A stretch of DNA of 64,000 bases from Callorhinchus milii (lineage: Eukaryota). The stretch spans positions 55,244,001 to 55,308,000 of the forward strand of contig NW_024704742.1 in the NCBI RefSeq assembly GCF_018977255.1, read 5' to 3'. Made by a program: the position numbers and the translations under genes. Positions 51,401 to 60,390 of this stretch are shown here, one piece after another; position 1 is the first letter of the stretch; each line of letters starts with the position of its first letter. The notes beneath the pieces were generated by a model. The model was not told where the DNA came from and ran no database searches. It saw only the letters and a list, made by a program, of their open reading frames with translations.

Positions 51401-54400
51401 AACCGCATTCTGCCTCAAGAACCCTCCTCTGTGCCTGCGCTATATCCGAGGCAAATAATATCGCAATTTTTTTATTAGTGTAATTGGACTGAAAAGCACT
51501 TATCAGAAAAAGTGTAAAAGTTGTCTTTCTGCAAAATGAATCTCCGAACGTAAAGTGCATCTTCTGCAGGGAATCTGATGTGCAACCCATTGACTAATTA
51601 GAACTTGTTACTGACTTGATCACCTTGTAATCGAGTTCTTGTAGGTCAGTTTTTGATTAATAACGAAACTTCTGTAGACCGAATTATCAGTCATGAGAGT
51701 AAATATTGTTTGGGAGCAAAAGCATAGACAATGTATGTGATTTTTTGATGAATTAAAATTGCTGAGTACTGGACTCCTGACTAGAAAATTGGAACATGAA
51801 TTCCAGTCTTAACTAGCCTCAAAACTCTTGGAAGATGAATGGTATCCCCTACTCATGCTTTCTGATGGGTCGTCAAGGGATGGTCATGGAAGACATATAT
51901 ACAAAGAAAACAGCAGGAGATTGCTGTTTGACAAATTGACTTGACATTATTATTTAGCTTTGGTTTGAATTTACTTATCGCAGCTTTATTATAAAATTCA
52001 TCCTCTAGGAAAAACATTTCAAGAGCGATGTGTCCTCTGTAGAAGAGTTTGAAGATGAAGACAAAGTAAGTTGTTGTAAAAGCCTGTAGAATATCAATAC
52101 TTGATGTGAAAAGGTTTTCTAAAATGTGACTATTATTGATAATTGTGGGGATGATGAGAAATTTGAAAGTGTAATGTATTGATTTACACTGGTGTTGATT
52201 ATCACATTGTTGAAATTTGCCCCCTGCTAATAACTGAAGACATTGACTGGTTCGGATATGGACTAGTTAGTGGAGTACCAGTTTTATTTTATGAAAAAAT
52301 TCACTAAATTCTGACTTTGTAGGATAAGGATGAAAGTGAAGCTGCTATCTCAGAAGAGCCTACAACAAATGAATGTACTGAAGCTAGGATTGAAATAAAA
52401 TGTGACCTGTCTGACCGAGAGGATGATGAAGACAGTGAAGGGATGCCTGCAGCATGCGTCTCCATAAGTAAGAGTTTGTTTTCTTTTTCTTCTCTACTCT
52501 TCTGTTTGCCACTTTGGAATGGTTTGACAGCATTTTTTCATAAATGGTTCTGACGACAACTCCAAATGAGAGAACGCGATGGACATCTTTCCTCTCCACT
52601 GAAGAAACACTCAGTGGATCCCTCCATGCTTTCCAGCTAATTCCATGCTTTCCAACTAACTAACCCATCTCCAACCTGCTTTTCCTTTCCATCGTGACCT
52701 CCCAGCTCCATTCCTTCACTCACTCTTGATTCTGTCCTATCTGACATCACCAAGGGTACCTTGGTCAAAATCATTAACAATGTTCTCTCCACCTGCGACC
52801 AGGCTTCCTCTGCCTCCTTGTGCTCCTCACACATTTTGCTGCCTTTATTACCTCGACCACTGTACCTTTCACCATCGCTGTTCCTCTTTGATCTGTCTCC
52901 ATTGCTCTGCCCATTCATAGTTTCATTCTTGCCTATCCGAGTCTTTACTTTGTCTTCTCCAATGACTTCTGCGTGGCATCCCTCGGAACTGTCTTCTCCT
53001 TTTCCCCGTCTATATGCTCCTCTTGGTGATCACAAAAGGAAAAGTCATGGATACACAGTGAAAATGTTTTTTTGGGGATTGAACATGAACTACGTAGCTC
53101 AAAGATATTGAAGCCAGCTGGAAAAAAACAATCATTATTTATTAAGGTTATACAGCTTCAATGGTCATCAAAAAGGGGATTTTTTTTACTTCTATATATG
53201 TCGACATATCATTGTCTATCTGCATATAAAAATAAGATTTAAATCATTTTTCTGCGAAGAAACCTCTAGCCAGCTTTATCCTTGAAAAATATCCTGTACG
53301 GAACCTTTACTTGAAAAGGCTGCAGGGAGGACAGCAAAAGCAGACTATTTCCTATTCATTAAAAAATGAAGCCTGAATTAGATGTAAGGATTAGTTAAGG
53401 CATCTTCTGCAAATAGAGCTAACATTGATTTGAACCACTAGAGTCATATTCAGAGTAGGTCCAGTAATCCATTAATCAATCTTGTAATGGTCCAGATAGG
53501 CTACCAACGAAGGCTGATATCAGGATCTGGATAAAATGGCTTGGTAGGTATGGTAGTTGTGAATATAAGCAGGTTGCTTATATTAATGAAACTGATGTTA
53601 TCAATTTTTCTTCAGTATTATATATTTTAATCTGAATTTTTTGAGGGAAAAGAGCTTCAATTTTAGAAGCTGACCTGCTTTTAATTCTTTAATAATCATC
53701 AGGTCTCTCTAAGGCCGAGACTCAAGCGCTGACTAATTATGGCAGTGGAGAAGATGAGAATGAGGATGACGAAATCGAGGATTTTGATGCTGGAACCGTG
53801 GATGTTCAAACTTCACTACAAGCTAGTAATGAAGCTGCTGATGAAAACTATAATGAGCAGGTATTAATCTTCATTAACATTATTAATATCATTGGCAAGC
53901 AACAGATGCTTTTGCTGCTTTTCCACAGCTGGGAAATTGTTTTCTCCATGAGTGTTTCACAACTTTACATAAATTTAGATTCAAAATGGATTCAAATGAA
54001 AATAAATAGTTACTATGATGATAAATTTTATTCAGAATGACTATCTTCACTATGCTTTTATGTGTGTCTCACTATTAGAATTATTTGGGAGATATTTCAG
54101 TACTTGTCATTTTTAATTGATAACTTGAAAAGTCACCAATGCTTTTGCTTTGAATGAAAATTGATGGCTTTCATTCTAAGTTATTTGGATCTCAGAATAT
54201 TAAGCCTGTTACACTTTTTCAGCTGCTGCTTGTAAATAATTCTAGTGCTTTACAGATAAACAGTATAGGGCTTACTTGGATTTATAGGTAAATACAACAG
54301 CCAGTTTCCTCCTAGGATGGCAATTCAAATATTGCTACCAGCAAGGAGCTGACTGAGCTCAAATCCCATTACACAGAGGATACAGTTCAAGATCCTGGTC

Positions 54401-57225
54401 CTCACCTTCATAACCTTGCTTCCTCCCTATTTCTGCGACCTCCTTACCCTCTACCGTCCTGCTTGCTGCCTCCGCACAGCAGGCTACAGCCTGCTTCACG
54501 TTCCCCACCTCGCTCGCACCACTATTGGTGGACGGGCCTTCTGCCACTCTGCCCTCACCCCCTGGAACTCCATCCCGCAGTCCTTCTGCCTCGCCCCATC
54601 CCTTGCCTCCTTCAAGACCCATCTCAAGACCTTCCTCTGACCATGCTTTCGATCTCCCTGCTTCCCCCGTCCCCCCGCCCTCCACCCTCCCTGATCCTGA
54701 CCCGCAGCTCGTGTCCGAAACTCTGTCCAGCGCCTTGGGACATCCTTCTGATGTGAAAGGCACTATGCAAATGTAATTTTGTTGTTGTTGAAGCAAGCTC
54801 ATGCCACAGTAGTCTCAAAAATTTACTTTTCTTAGCCTTCTGGATGTGATTACTTAGTTCATGTTGCAGTAACATAAGTACTCTTAACAGCTTCTGTATT
54901 TAAGCAAGAATATAGTGTAACTTCGGTTTGTATACTTTTTTTCTTTATAGGGCAATCATGTTGAAGTTGGTAAGAATGATGTGGTCAGTCAGACAGAGAA
55001 AACAAATACAGATGTAGTTAAAGGTAAACCTTTTCAGAATTTCTCTTTTAATACAATTTTTTGGATGTAGATTTTTTTAAAATCCTGGATTAATTTTGTT
55101 CAGTTCATCTACCTAAGCAAAAAGGACTAAAACTATAGAACTGTTTTTCTCTCCTTTACAGCTGAAAATGAGAATGATACAACTTTAAGTCTCGCTTCTG
55201 AGTGTGAGGAAAGCACCACAACTAGTGCTGATAATGAAAACACTACAGGGGGATTAAAACCTTCTTTACCTTTATGTGAAAGTGTTAACACTTTAACATC
55301 AATGCAGATGTCTCTAGAAAATGACTTGGAGGGAACACCAGAGAGTTCATTGGCTGGCAGCCCTGACACAGACTCTCCTGTACTAGTTAATGACTACGTA
55401 AGTCCAGATCATCCAATATTGAGCATGTTTTATAGAGTTTTTCACATGGAAGTTTATGAGTGCTTAAAACTTGCATTCTTTTGAACTCTTTAAGAACCAC
55501 ACTCACTCTGGCTTGTAAATAAATGAAGGGAATCAATAAGCTACTTCTTCCCTCTCTTAAAGGGTTCTAAAAAGCATAGGACACAGAAATTTACACTGAT
55601 ATTAGAATTGGGATGTTGGATGGTTGATCGGTTCAGTATTTAAATACCCTTGTTATGCATGGTTAATAATAAAATTACATGACTAACTTTACTGTCTGAA
55701 TAATCGACAAATATCAAACATTAAATTGATTACATATTTTCAGCTGCGAACCTAAAGATTTGTAAGATAATTATTGTTTTAAACATGGTAGTGTTGCATG
55801 AAGGAGTACTATATGGTGCCATGCAATGGTGAGATGTCAGTTCTTGTTCCTCCATGCTGCCAATCCCTAATTTCAGTCTGGCTACTATGGGAAAGTACTA
55901 GGTGGAAACTGTGAACCTCACTAAGAGGGTACACAGATCAACCAACAGCATAGACTGGCCATGAGCTTACCTATTTTTTGTATAATAATAATAATACTTG
56001 CATATGATATAGCGCCTTATCATGTCATTGAGACTTCTCAAACCTCTTCGCAGAATATAATGTAAAGTGCATTTTGTGGGTGAAATTTATAGTCAATGTT
56101 ATGAGACCAGAAAATGGGAGAAAAATAAAATAATTATAAATGATAAATCACATCTTCACTTTTAATAGGAAGCTGGATCTGGAAATCTGAGCCAGAAATC
56201 AGATGAGGATGACTTTGTTAAAGTTGAAAACTTGCCTCTTAGACTTTCAGTGCTTTCAGAGGTAAGAGCTCATTTAAACACATTGTAAAGTTTCCCATTT
56301 GTTGGAAATAACTGATTTGTTGTTTTAAATGTAGGTATTTCAAATTTATTTTGATCTCTCACAGGCTGAATTGATGAGGAGAATTTCAGAAGAGGAACAG
56401 AATAATAATTTAACTTGTGCTCTGCTGGATGCAGAGGTAGATGGAGCACAAGAGCTTGCAGGCAACTTGGAAGCTCTAAAGGAACCAGGTGTGAGAATGC
56501 CTTTCAATATTATCTCTTTTGTAAAATTATACAGCAATTCAGCTTCTCTATCTTGCCAGTTTATAAAAACTTGTTTTGTCGACTTTAAGCTGAAGGAAGT
56601 TGAAACTCATCCAGGACTTGTTCAGACTTGCCTATTGTGTCAGATATCAGTTGACCTCCTGCATACTGTTGATACTATTCCCAGATTTGTGGATGATATC
56701 ACCAAGTGGGAGCTGTAGATATAGGGAATTGTTGATCAAGCCCTAAGGTACACCGCCACAGGTGTAGGGGTTGGATGAGAAGCCATTGGCGGAAACAAAG
56801 TGGAGGTGGTAGGACAAGCAGTAATGCAGATGACTTCCATTTCCACTCTTTATTTGAAGTCCACTGATGGACCTGTCCTCTTCCCTATCAGACATCAAGG
56901 CCTGGATGAGCTGCAATTTCTTGCTACTTAATTTGATTAAGATGGAAGCCATCCGCCCTACCAATCAAAAAGAAAGTTAGTCATTTTTGGAAAGGAATTT
57001 TTCTTTGAAAAGAACAGGAATTTGGAAGATCTTTTGGGTGGTGTTGCTGCTGTAAAAATGTTTCTGCACTTTGGGATTAGGGAATAGGTCTACAGCTATC
57101 AAGGCCAGTGTTGTGCTGAAGTGGATTAAACAAAGCTGTTTTTGTTCTTGTTTATTGTGAATTACCTTCAGCATTAACCCATTTTTTTCCCTTTTGTTAC
57201 AGAAAATGGAGCCAGAAGTGCATAA
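3354..57225 (+). CDS. PCM1: Pericentriolar material 1 (centriolar satellite scaffold), 40 coding exons, about 2150 aa; apparent frameshift in exon 24
   Basis: Manual splicing gives [12 protein letters not shown]...[19 protein letters not shown]...[22 protein letters not shown]...[36 protein letters not shown]...[14 protein letters not shown]...ENGARSA*, colinear with human PCM1. All introns are GT-AG. Exon lengths sum to 6461 nt, one short of an intact 6462-nt frame. Confidence 0.97.
3622..3760. mobile_element. Penelope-like terminal fragments in inverted arrangement
   Basis: ctgacaaaaggttatcgacctgaaatgttaac...gatgctgcctgacctgctgagttctcccagca resembles the abundant shark Penelope-like repeat end. 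An inverted partial copy lies at 3622-3658. Confidence 0.65.
5083..5328 (+). CDS. PCM1: PCM1 exon 3
   Basis: cag|[15 protein letters not shown]...[11 protein letters not shown]|gtatgt. Confidence 0.96.
6370..6622 (+). mobile_element. L2-clade LINE 3' fragment
   Basis: Encodes [25 protein letters not shown]...[13 protein letters not shown], typical of the L2 ORF2 C-terminus. Confidence 0.8.
6948..7378 (+). mobile_element. L2-clade LINE 3' end
   Basis: NSAAHVL... ORF2 remnant followed by the tail tgaaaggcgctatacaagtgtaatttt. Confidence 0.82.
7888..8154 (+). CDS. PCM1: PCM1 exon 4
   Basis: tag|[16 protein letters not shown]...[10 protein letters not shown]|gtatga. Confidence 0.95.
10540..10710 (+). 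CDS. PCM1: PCM1 exon 5
   Basis: tag|[15 protein letters not shown]...[14 protein letters not shown]|gtatgt. Confidence 0.95.
11010..11360 (-). mobile_element. tRNA-derived SINE, long subtype, near full length
   Basis: On the - strand: tRNA-like head, gggcaagtttccttactccacac, a middle segment shared with 45957-46020, Deu-like core, L2-like tail. Confidence 0.8.
11867..11983 (+). CDS. PCM1: PCM1 exon 6 (symmetric, phase 0-0)
   Basis: cag|[39 protein letters not shown]|gtaagt. Confidence 0.92.
12259..12441 (+). CDS. PCM1: PCM1 exon 7 (symmetric, probably alternative)
   Basis: aag|[18 protein letters not shown]...GQEHGISSK|gtacca; 183 nt, open frame, weak acceptor. Confidence 0.75.
14247..14424 (+). 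CDS. PCM1: PCM1 exon 8
   Basis: cag|[46 protein letters not shown]...MDES|gtatgc. Confidence 0.94.
14850..15105 (+). mobile_element. Old Deu-type SINE fragment
   Basis: cactccagtgca...gttggaggtg...gtggatgttaaagatcc...ctgtttgtg...gtgcaaattagctgc. Confidence 0.65.
15292..15820 (-). mobile_element. L2-clade LINE 3' end
   Basis: Reverse tail tgcatttatataacgccc; - strand ORF remnant [11 protein letters not shown]...AFSHCSPK. Confidence 0.78.
16238..16347 (+). CDS. PCM1: PCM1 exon 9
   Basis: tag|[36 protein letters not shown]|gtacag. Confidence 0.95.
17736..17949 (+). CDS. PCM1: PCM1 exon 10
   Basis: tag|[17 protein letters not shown]...[12 protein letters not shown]|gtaagt. Confidence 0.94.
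19456..19654 (+). CDS. PCM1: PCM1 exon 11
   Basis: tag|[17 protein letters not shown]...NPNPREKL|gtatga. Confidence 0.88.
20290..20770 (+). mobile_element. CR1-clade LINE 3' fragment
   Basis: ttggaatattgtgcacagtttt...ttagggctgttttcactggag...agaaggttaaga...gattatgaaggggtatgatagagta, typical of the CR1 ORF2 end. Confidence 0.8.
21922..22107 (+). CDS. PCM1: PCM1 exon 12
   Basis: cag|[33 protein letters not shown]...VTNI|gtgggc. Confidence 0.94.
22453..22845 (-). mobile_element. Old Deu-type SINE
   Basis: Tail at 22453, Deu-like core, and head-like gggcttgaaccc...gactgagcc at the right end. Confidence 0.7.
23350..23510 (+). CDS. PCM1: PCM1 exon 13
   Basis: cag|[10 protein letters not shown]...[20 protein letters not shown]|gtaaac. 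Confidence 0.92.
23754..23995 (+). CDS. PCM1: PCM1 exon 14
   Basis: cag|[12 protein letters not shown]...[24 protein letters not shown]|gtaaat. Confidence 0.93.
24663..24808 (+). CDS. PCM1: PCM1 exon 15
   Basis: cag|EAPDATGV...[23 protein letters not shown]|gtaagg; phase 0-2 fits both neighbours. Confidence 0.88.
25103..25409 (+). mobile_element. Full-length tRNA(Ala)-like SINE, short subtype
   Basis: A box TAGCTCAGTGG, TGC anticodon-like loop, B box GGTTCAATTCC, Deu-like core ctgtttgtgagacgctgctgtgcgcgattggctgctgcgtttc, L2-like tail ending in (TTA)n. Confidence 0.9.
25911..26040 (+). CDS. PCM1: PCM1 exon 16
   Basis: cag|[43 protein letters not shown]|gtggtt. Confidence 0.95.
26157..26330 (+). 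repeat. Left arm of a roughly 170-bp inverted repeat (partner 27782-27954)
   Basis: Reverse-complement match along its whole length, with a perfect 33-nt core (26236-26268 against 27843-27875). Confidence 0.95.
26489..26623 (+). CDS. PCM1: PCM1 exon 17
   Basis: cag|LSTSSIGN...VTSTPAANG...PDNE|gtaatc. Confidence 0.92.
26821..27011 (+). CDS. PCM1: PCM1 exon 18
   Basis: tag|[31 protein letters not shown]...SRTE|gttaga. Confidence 0.94.
27440..27673 (+). CDS. PCM1: PCM1 exon 19
   Basis: cag|[22 protein letters not shown]...RGFRH|gtaaaa. Confidence 0.92.
27782..27954 (-). repeat. Right arm of a roughly 170-bp inverted repeat (partner 26157-26330)
   Basis: tttttgcacatatctcaacagtagtcaagaattgaatattttatcaaatga is the reverse complement of 26160-26210 with 4 differences. 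Confidence 0.95.
28156..28375 (+). CDS. PCM1: PCM1 exon 20
   Basis: tag|[14 protein letters not shown]...[16 protein letters not shown]...TLMQDQQ|gtaagt. Confidence 0.95.
28617..28886 (+). mobile_element. tRNA-derived SINE, short subtype, B box deleted
   Basis: ggagtcctgtagctcagttagagc...gggcaagtttcctta...aaatgcaaggattattatt. Confidence 0.88.
29615..29760 (+). CDS. PCM1: PCM1 exon 21
   Basis: cag|[48 protein letters not shown]|gtgtgt. Confidence 0.95.
31612..31799 (+). CDS. PCM1: PCM1 exon 22
   Basis: cag|[12 protein letters not shown]...[12 protein letters not shown]|gtaaat. Confidence 0.93.
32292..32469 (+). CDS. PCM1: PCM1 exon 23
   Basis: tag|[10 protein letters not shown]...[15 protein letters not shown]...|gtacac. 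Confidence 0.92.
32847..33195 (+). CDS. PCM1: PCM1 exon 24 (apparent frameshift near 33151-33162; alternative donor at 33213)
   Basis: cag|VQEEAKDE...[49 protein letters not shown], then TGA at 33175. The shifted frame reads [12 protein letters not shown] to phase-1 donors at 33195 and 33213. Confidence 0.85.
33880..34215 (+). mobile_element. CR1-clade LINE 3' fragment
   Basis: ctgtttttcattagagcatagaaggttgagaggagacgtgatagag...gtggtagaggcagagtccatt. Confidence 0.75.
35570..35728 (+). CDS. PCM1: PCM1 exon 25
   Basis: tag|[14 protein letters not shown]...HSTQTEE...SVDLSS|gtatgt; phase 1-1. Confidence 0.92.
38210..38266 (+). CDS. PCM1: PCM1 exon 26 (57-nt cassette exon)
   Basis: Strong pyrimidine tract, then cag|(A)[18 protein letters not shown]|gtaatg; phase 1-1. 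It resembles the AHARR...SNRNAC.EAP alternative segment I recall from vertebrate PCM1 isoforms. Confidence 0.82.
39179..39351 (+). CDS. PCM1: PCM1 exon 27 (start of the conserved C-terminal domain)
   Basis: cag|[57 protein letters not shown]|gtactg. Confidence 0.97.
39430..39561 (+). CDS. PCM1: PCM1 exon 28
   Basis: cag|DIVTRHLSE...[19 protein letters not shown]|gtaaat; preceded by a 78-nt intron. Confidence 0.95.
39868..40220 (-). mobile_element. L2-clade LINE 3' end
   Basis: - strand [15 protein letters not shown] and [38 protein letters not shown], plus tail. Confidence 0.88.
40558..40696 (+). CDS. PCM1: PCM1 exon 29
   Basis: tag|EASRKTPD...[19 protein letters not shown]|gtaagt. Confidence 0.92.
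41603..41725 (+). CDS. PCM1: PCM1 exon 30
   Basis: cag|[24 protein letters not shown]...EGAA|gtaacc. Confidence 0.92.
41925..42610. mobile_element. Possible non-autonomous hAT-like DNA element with a nested SINE tail (42213-42340, - strand)
   Basis: Perfect 11-bp inverted repeat CCTTTTGGCTG (41930-41940) and CAGCCAAAAGG (42587-42597), with Charlie-like subterminal tgcggcc motifs. No target-site duplication seen. Confidence 0.4.
42845..42981 (+). CDS. PCM1: PCM1 exon 31
   Basis: cag|MESTANG...[27 protein letters not shown]|gtgaac. Confidence 0.94.
43345..44150 (-). mobile_element. CR1 fragment interrupted by an L2 3' end (43757-44099)
   Basis: CR1 ORF2 remnant [14 protein letters not shown] / TKMIPRL...[11 protein letters not shown]...[23 protein letters not shown] is split by L2 sequence (APYLCDLL...[12 protein letters not shown]) with its tail. 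Confidence 0.85.
45694..45828 (+). CDS. PCM1: PCM1 exon 32
   Basis: cag|[45 protein letters not shown]|gttagg. Confidence 0.96.
45872..46179 (+). mobile_element. tRNA-derived SINE, long subtype
   Basis: tRNA-like head, ggcaagtttcctcactccacacgtctgtttacctagcagtaag middle segment, Deu-like core; tail truncated. Confidence 0.82.
47291..47596 (-). mobile_element. Full-length tRNA-derived SINE, short subtype
   Basis: - strand ggagttctgtagctcaatggttagagg...gagttcgactccc (A and B boxes)...aaatgcaagtattattatt. Confidence 0.9.
47838..48038 (+). CDS. PCM1: PCM1 exon 33
   Basis: cag|[41 protein letters not shown]...FTSE|gtttgt. Confidence 0.95.
48325..48550. repeat. Degenerate (TG)n microsatellite
   Basis: Direct inspection; a second such tract lies at 49714-49870. 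Confidence 0.92.
48553..49713 (+). mobile_element. L2-clade LINE, about 1.15-kb 5'-truncated copy with a reverse transcriptase remnant
   Basis: Frameshifted ORF2: YVDDTQLYL...[11 protein letters not shown]...[19 protein letters not shown]...[12 protein letters not shown]...[16 protein letters not shown]; tail gtgaaaggcgctatacaaattaatcttgttg. Confidence 0.93.
50478..50586 (+). mobile_element. SINE 3' tail fragment
   Basis: cacaaatatacagtcaattcactttacag...aaatgcaaggattattattatt. Confidence 0.82.
52009..52065 (+). CDS. PCM1: PCM1 exon 34
   Basis: tag|[19 protein letters not shown]|gtaagt. Confidence 0.87.
52323..52467 (+). CDS. PCM1: PCM1 exon 35
   Basis: tag|DKDESEAA...[21 protein letters not shown]|gtaaga. 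Confidence 0.92.
53703..53860 (+). CDS. PCM1: PCM1 exon 36
   Basis: cag|[40 protein letters not shown]...NEQ|gtatta. Confidence 0.95.
54360..54790 (+). mobile_element. L2-clade LINE 3' end
   Basis: PYFCDLL...[36 protein letters not shown]; tail ending in (TTG)n. Confidence 0.88.
54951..55023 (+). CDS. PCM1: PCM1 exon 37
   Basis: tag|[24 protein letters not shown]|gtaaac. Poorly conserved, but phase 0-1 bridges exons 36 and 38. Confidence 0.78.
55162..55397 (+). CDS. PCM1: PCM1 exon 38
   Basis: cag|ENENDTT...[21 protein letters not shown]|gtaagt. Confidence 0.92.
56169..56261 (+). CDS. PCM1: PCM1 exon 39 (contains the LIR motif)
   Basis: tag|[31 protein letters not shown]|gtaaga. Confidence 0.96.
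56365..56488 (+). CDS. PCM1: PCM1 exon 40
   Basis: cag|[16 protein letters not shown]...[13 protein letters not shown]|gtgtga. Confidence 0.93.
57203..57225 (+). CDS. PCM1: PCM1 exon 41 (stop codon)
   Basis: Pyrimidine tract, then cag|(E)NGARSA TAA; compare the human terminus ETVGAQSI*. Confidence 0.9.
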
Positions 57226-57894
57226 CTGAGTATTCTCTGAAATTCATCAACTTCTTGTTTATTTGACTGTATGAAATGTGATTTCTCTTTTATGGCTAAA
57301 GAGTTATTTTTTTTAAATAGCCTTTTGCTAGAATTGTTGCTCCTTTATAGATTGTGTTAAGTCTGACCAGGATTTCTTGGTCGGCTCTTGTGCAAGCTAC
57401 TATGTAAAGAACATTTAATTATTTTCTAGGTCAATAGCCTAATTAATGTTATTAAAGCAACTTTTTTAATGAAAAGCTGAAGTCCCACGACAACACTATG
57501 ATTTGATCTTTAGACTGCCTGTGATGCAATTCATTTTCACTTCTCGGTACCTTTTAGATGCATTGGGAAGATCAGCTTGTTTCTGAGGCAATTGATCTTT
57601 CATGTAGTCCCAGCTGTGAACCAAGACCTAGGTTTTATTGTGCCTGCTCTCAAAGTGGAGATATTGTTTTGTAACAGTTTATTGCATGTAAATAGTTTTA
57701 CTGTCAACACTGTGCTTTTATGCAGATAAGTAACCATATAACCATAGCAAACCTATGGCTTATGTTGACTTCAGCATAGCTATGTATACTGCACATCAAC
57801 ATGATGATTCAAATTTTAACATGGACAGTTGCATTCCAGTATAAATAAGACCCTCTGTGGTTGCTGAAATGTCCACTTCACGTACTGTCCATTT

Positions 57895-57900
57895 AATAAA
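57895..57900 (+). terminator. PCM1: Candidate proximal poly(A) signal of PCM1
   Basis: AATAAA about 670 nt after the stop codon. Confidence 0.4.
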
Positions 57901-59270
57901 GCTTGCAATCAACCAAATGCCTCTGCAGATCTAAAGTGGTGTTCAATTGACAGTCAGGTATATTAAAGGAAAAGCTTGCTGCTCCTTCGTGAACAGTGAA
58001 AAGGACCCCATAGCTTTTATCTACTGGGGGTGAAAATTAATCACAGGTTTTCCACATTCAGTGAATTGCTGATATTAAAGTTTAGTCTGTTTTCTTTTAT
58101 ATCCTGTTACAAATTTGAAATGGACAAAATATGATTCACATTTAAGAGAGCTGATTGCTGTTCTACTGTCAACAGCAACAAAATTACATTTGTAGAGCGT
58201 CTTTCACATCAGGAGGTCGTCAACAGTTGCTGTAAAATCCATTCTTAAACAACACTATTTTTATGCACGTCATATAAACCAGGCTAATGGTATGTATATC
58301 CCTCTGCGTCTTCAAAAGTGTCAAAATGAGCACTGCTACCAAATTTTACTCAAAGGCGATTTGCGATTGTATCATAATGGAGGTGGGTGGTATTGCATGT
58401 TCATGGTATTTGTTGGGTGGGATGCAAGCAAATTTTACATATGTTCACTCTAAGGGATAGTGAGTTTATGATTTGTACATATAGAACAAAGTTCCATAAA
58501 CCCTAGTGGCTGAGATACATAAATGCTGTGTTCACATTTGCAATACCATTACATTGTACAATCTTAATATTTGAACAAAGATACTTTGTTGCAACAAATG
58601 CTTTCTCCAAGCCTGTTGTCAGCAGATGAGCTCCATGCTCCAAAACATGAACCCCCTCGTAAGAAATGCTTTGTTGTCACAATTGAGTCTTGAGATTTGA
58701 CTGTGGCCCCAGATTGTTTGCAGAATTACAAAGGGTGTAGCGAAATGTGTTTTAATCTAATTAATGGTTACATCCAATTTGTTACTCCTGAAACTGGTCA
58801 AGTTATCTTGAACCTAAAAATATGAAATAATATTCAACAAAGGCTTTAGTTCAACCATTGTCCCTACACTGATCCTTTACAAAATATTTTAAATCGCTTG
58901 AAGGTAATGCATTTAACCAGATATCTGCAATTTGGTACAGTATAAATCAAAAAAACATTTCAGTAAGAACTGCCTGGGAAATCTTATTAGGAGTAGAAAA
59001 GGATTACCATGAACAAGGATTATCTTATTCAACACTAACCTTTAGACTAATTGTGCTATTTCTGCTGGTTGCAAACAGACACAAAAAAGCCTTTGCAGAA
59101 TTAAACCAACTAAGGTCATCTTTCAATGATTTGTATTTTTGTCTTCTTAGATGGTTGTGGTTTTGCATTTAATTTAAATTTAAACTGACAGGCATGTTAG
59201 TGTTATGTGGTCAGTTCTTAATCTGTGTTTTGTAATGTATGATTTAAAAATGTTTACTATGCAATTTCAA

Positions 59271-59276
59271 AATAAA
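59271..59276 (+). terminator. PCM1: Candidate distal poly(A) signal of PCM1
   Basis: AATAAA with upstream TGTA elements and downstream T/GT-rich sequence; repeat-rich DNA resumes shortly after. Confidence 0.5.
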
Positions 59277-59581
59277 GCAACACTCTTGATTTGAGTTGGA
59301 AGGGCCCATTAGTTTATTGTTGTGAGGAGGCTGAATCCCAGGATTGCATATACTCTACTGGGTTTTGTTTAAATAAACCATAAACCCTTATATCAGCACC
59401 TAATATTCTTAAATTGTTTGTGAAAAATATGCTTATAAGGTTTCATGCTTGCAAAGCAGTTGACTAAAATTAATCCTGAATGCAACAATGTACATCTACA
59501 TAGCACATTTTGTGTTAAGAAGATATCTGCTTTACAGGATGAACTGGGAGCCTGAACAGGAGGAGGAGGGGGGAAATGAAA

Positions 59582-59715
59582 CATAGAAACAGGAGTAGGT
59601 CATTCAGCCCCTCGAGGCTGTTCCGCCTTTCTATAAGATCATGGCTGATCTGTACCTCAACTTCGATTACCTGCCCTTACCCCATATCTCTTGATACCCT
59701 GATTGAACATATCTA
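59582..59715 (-). mobile_element. CR1-type LINE 3' tail (shark-like)
   Basis: catagaaacaggagtaggtcattcagcccctcgagg...aagatcatggctgatctgtacctcaac. Confidence 0.75.
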
Positions 59716-59719
59716 TCCA

Positions 59720-60390
59720 CCTCAGGAGGCTAACAGCAGGTGAAAGAAGTTTTAAGGTAAATTTTGGAGATTGTGATCAAACAGAATGGCAGAAGACTCA
59801 GCCATCCATAGTGAGGCAGAACATTTCAAGGAAATGTGAATCAGGCTCCTGTTTGCTGCTTGGAGGAAGTGGCCGTGATAGGAGGTCACAGACTAGTTGG
59901 ACATTTGGAAGCGAAGACAAAAATCATGAATTTGATCTGCTGGAGGATGGAGAGCTTGTGTTGAGCAAGGATGAGAATAATGGTTGGAGTTCTGGTTGAT
60001 CTTTAGTCAAGCCTGGAGGTGGTATGGAAGAAGGTCAGAGGAGGGGAACAGAGATTTTGAGGTGAGGGAAAGCATCGTGAGAACCCAGTTGTAAGGTTTG
60101 AAAGATCATTGGGAGGTGAAGGGTTGAACAAGACACCCAACGTTCCACACTGGTGCCTTGTGGAGGAGTGAACCCCTGAGCCTCAGTCTTATTGACACTT
60201 AGCTGTCGAGTTTGAACATCAAGACTTCCTAACTGAGGGCCATCACCAGTCAGCACAGCAATGGTCCTGGAATTGAGAGATAGTCGAATCATCTGCATAC
60301 ATGCGGAGGTGAACCCCATGCAGGACCACAGAGGCCTGGAGGGATGGGAGGAGGAGCCAATGAAGACAACTGGCATTGCCAAGAGTGAAA
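59720..60390 (-). mobile_element. Degraded L2 fragment
   Basis: - strand catggggttcacctccgcatgtatgcagatga... and QLSVNKTEA, similar to the copy at 48.7-49.1 kb. Confidence 0.65.

Noticed and set aside
3354..57225. PCM1 as a pseudogene
   Set aside because: There is only one lesion across 40 exons. All splice sites and conserved motifs downstream are intact.
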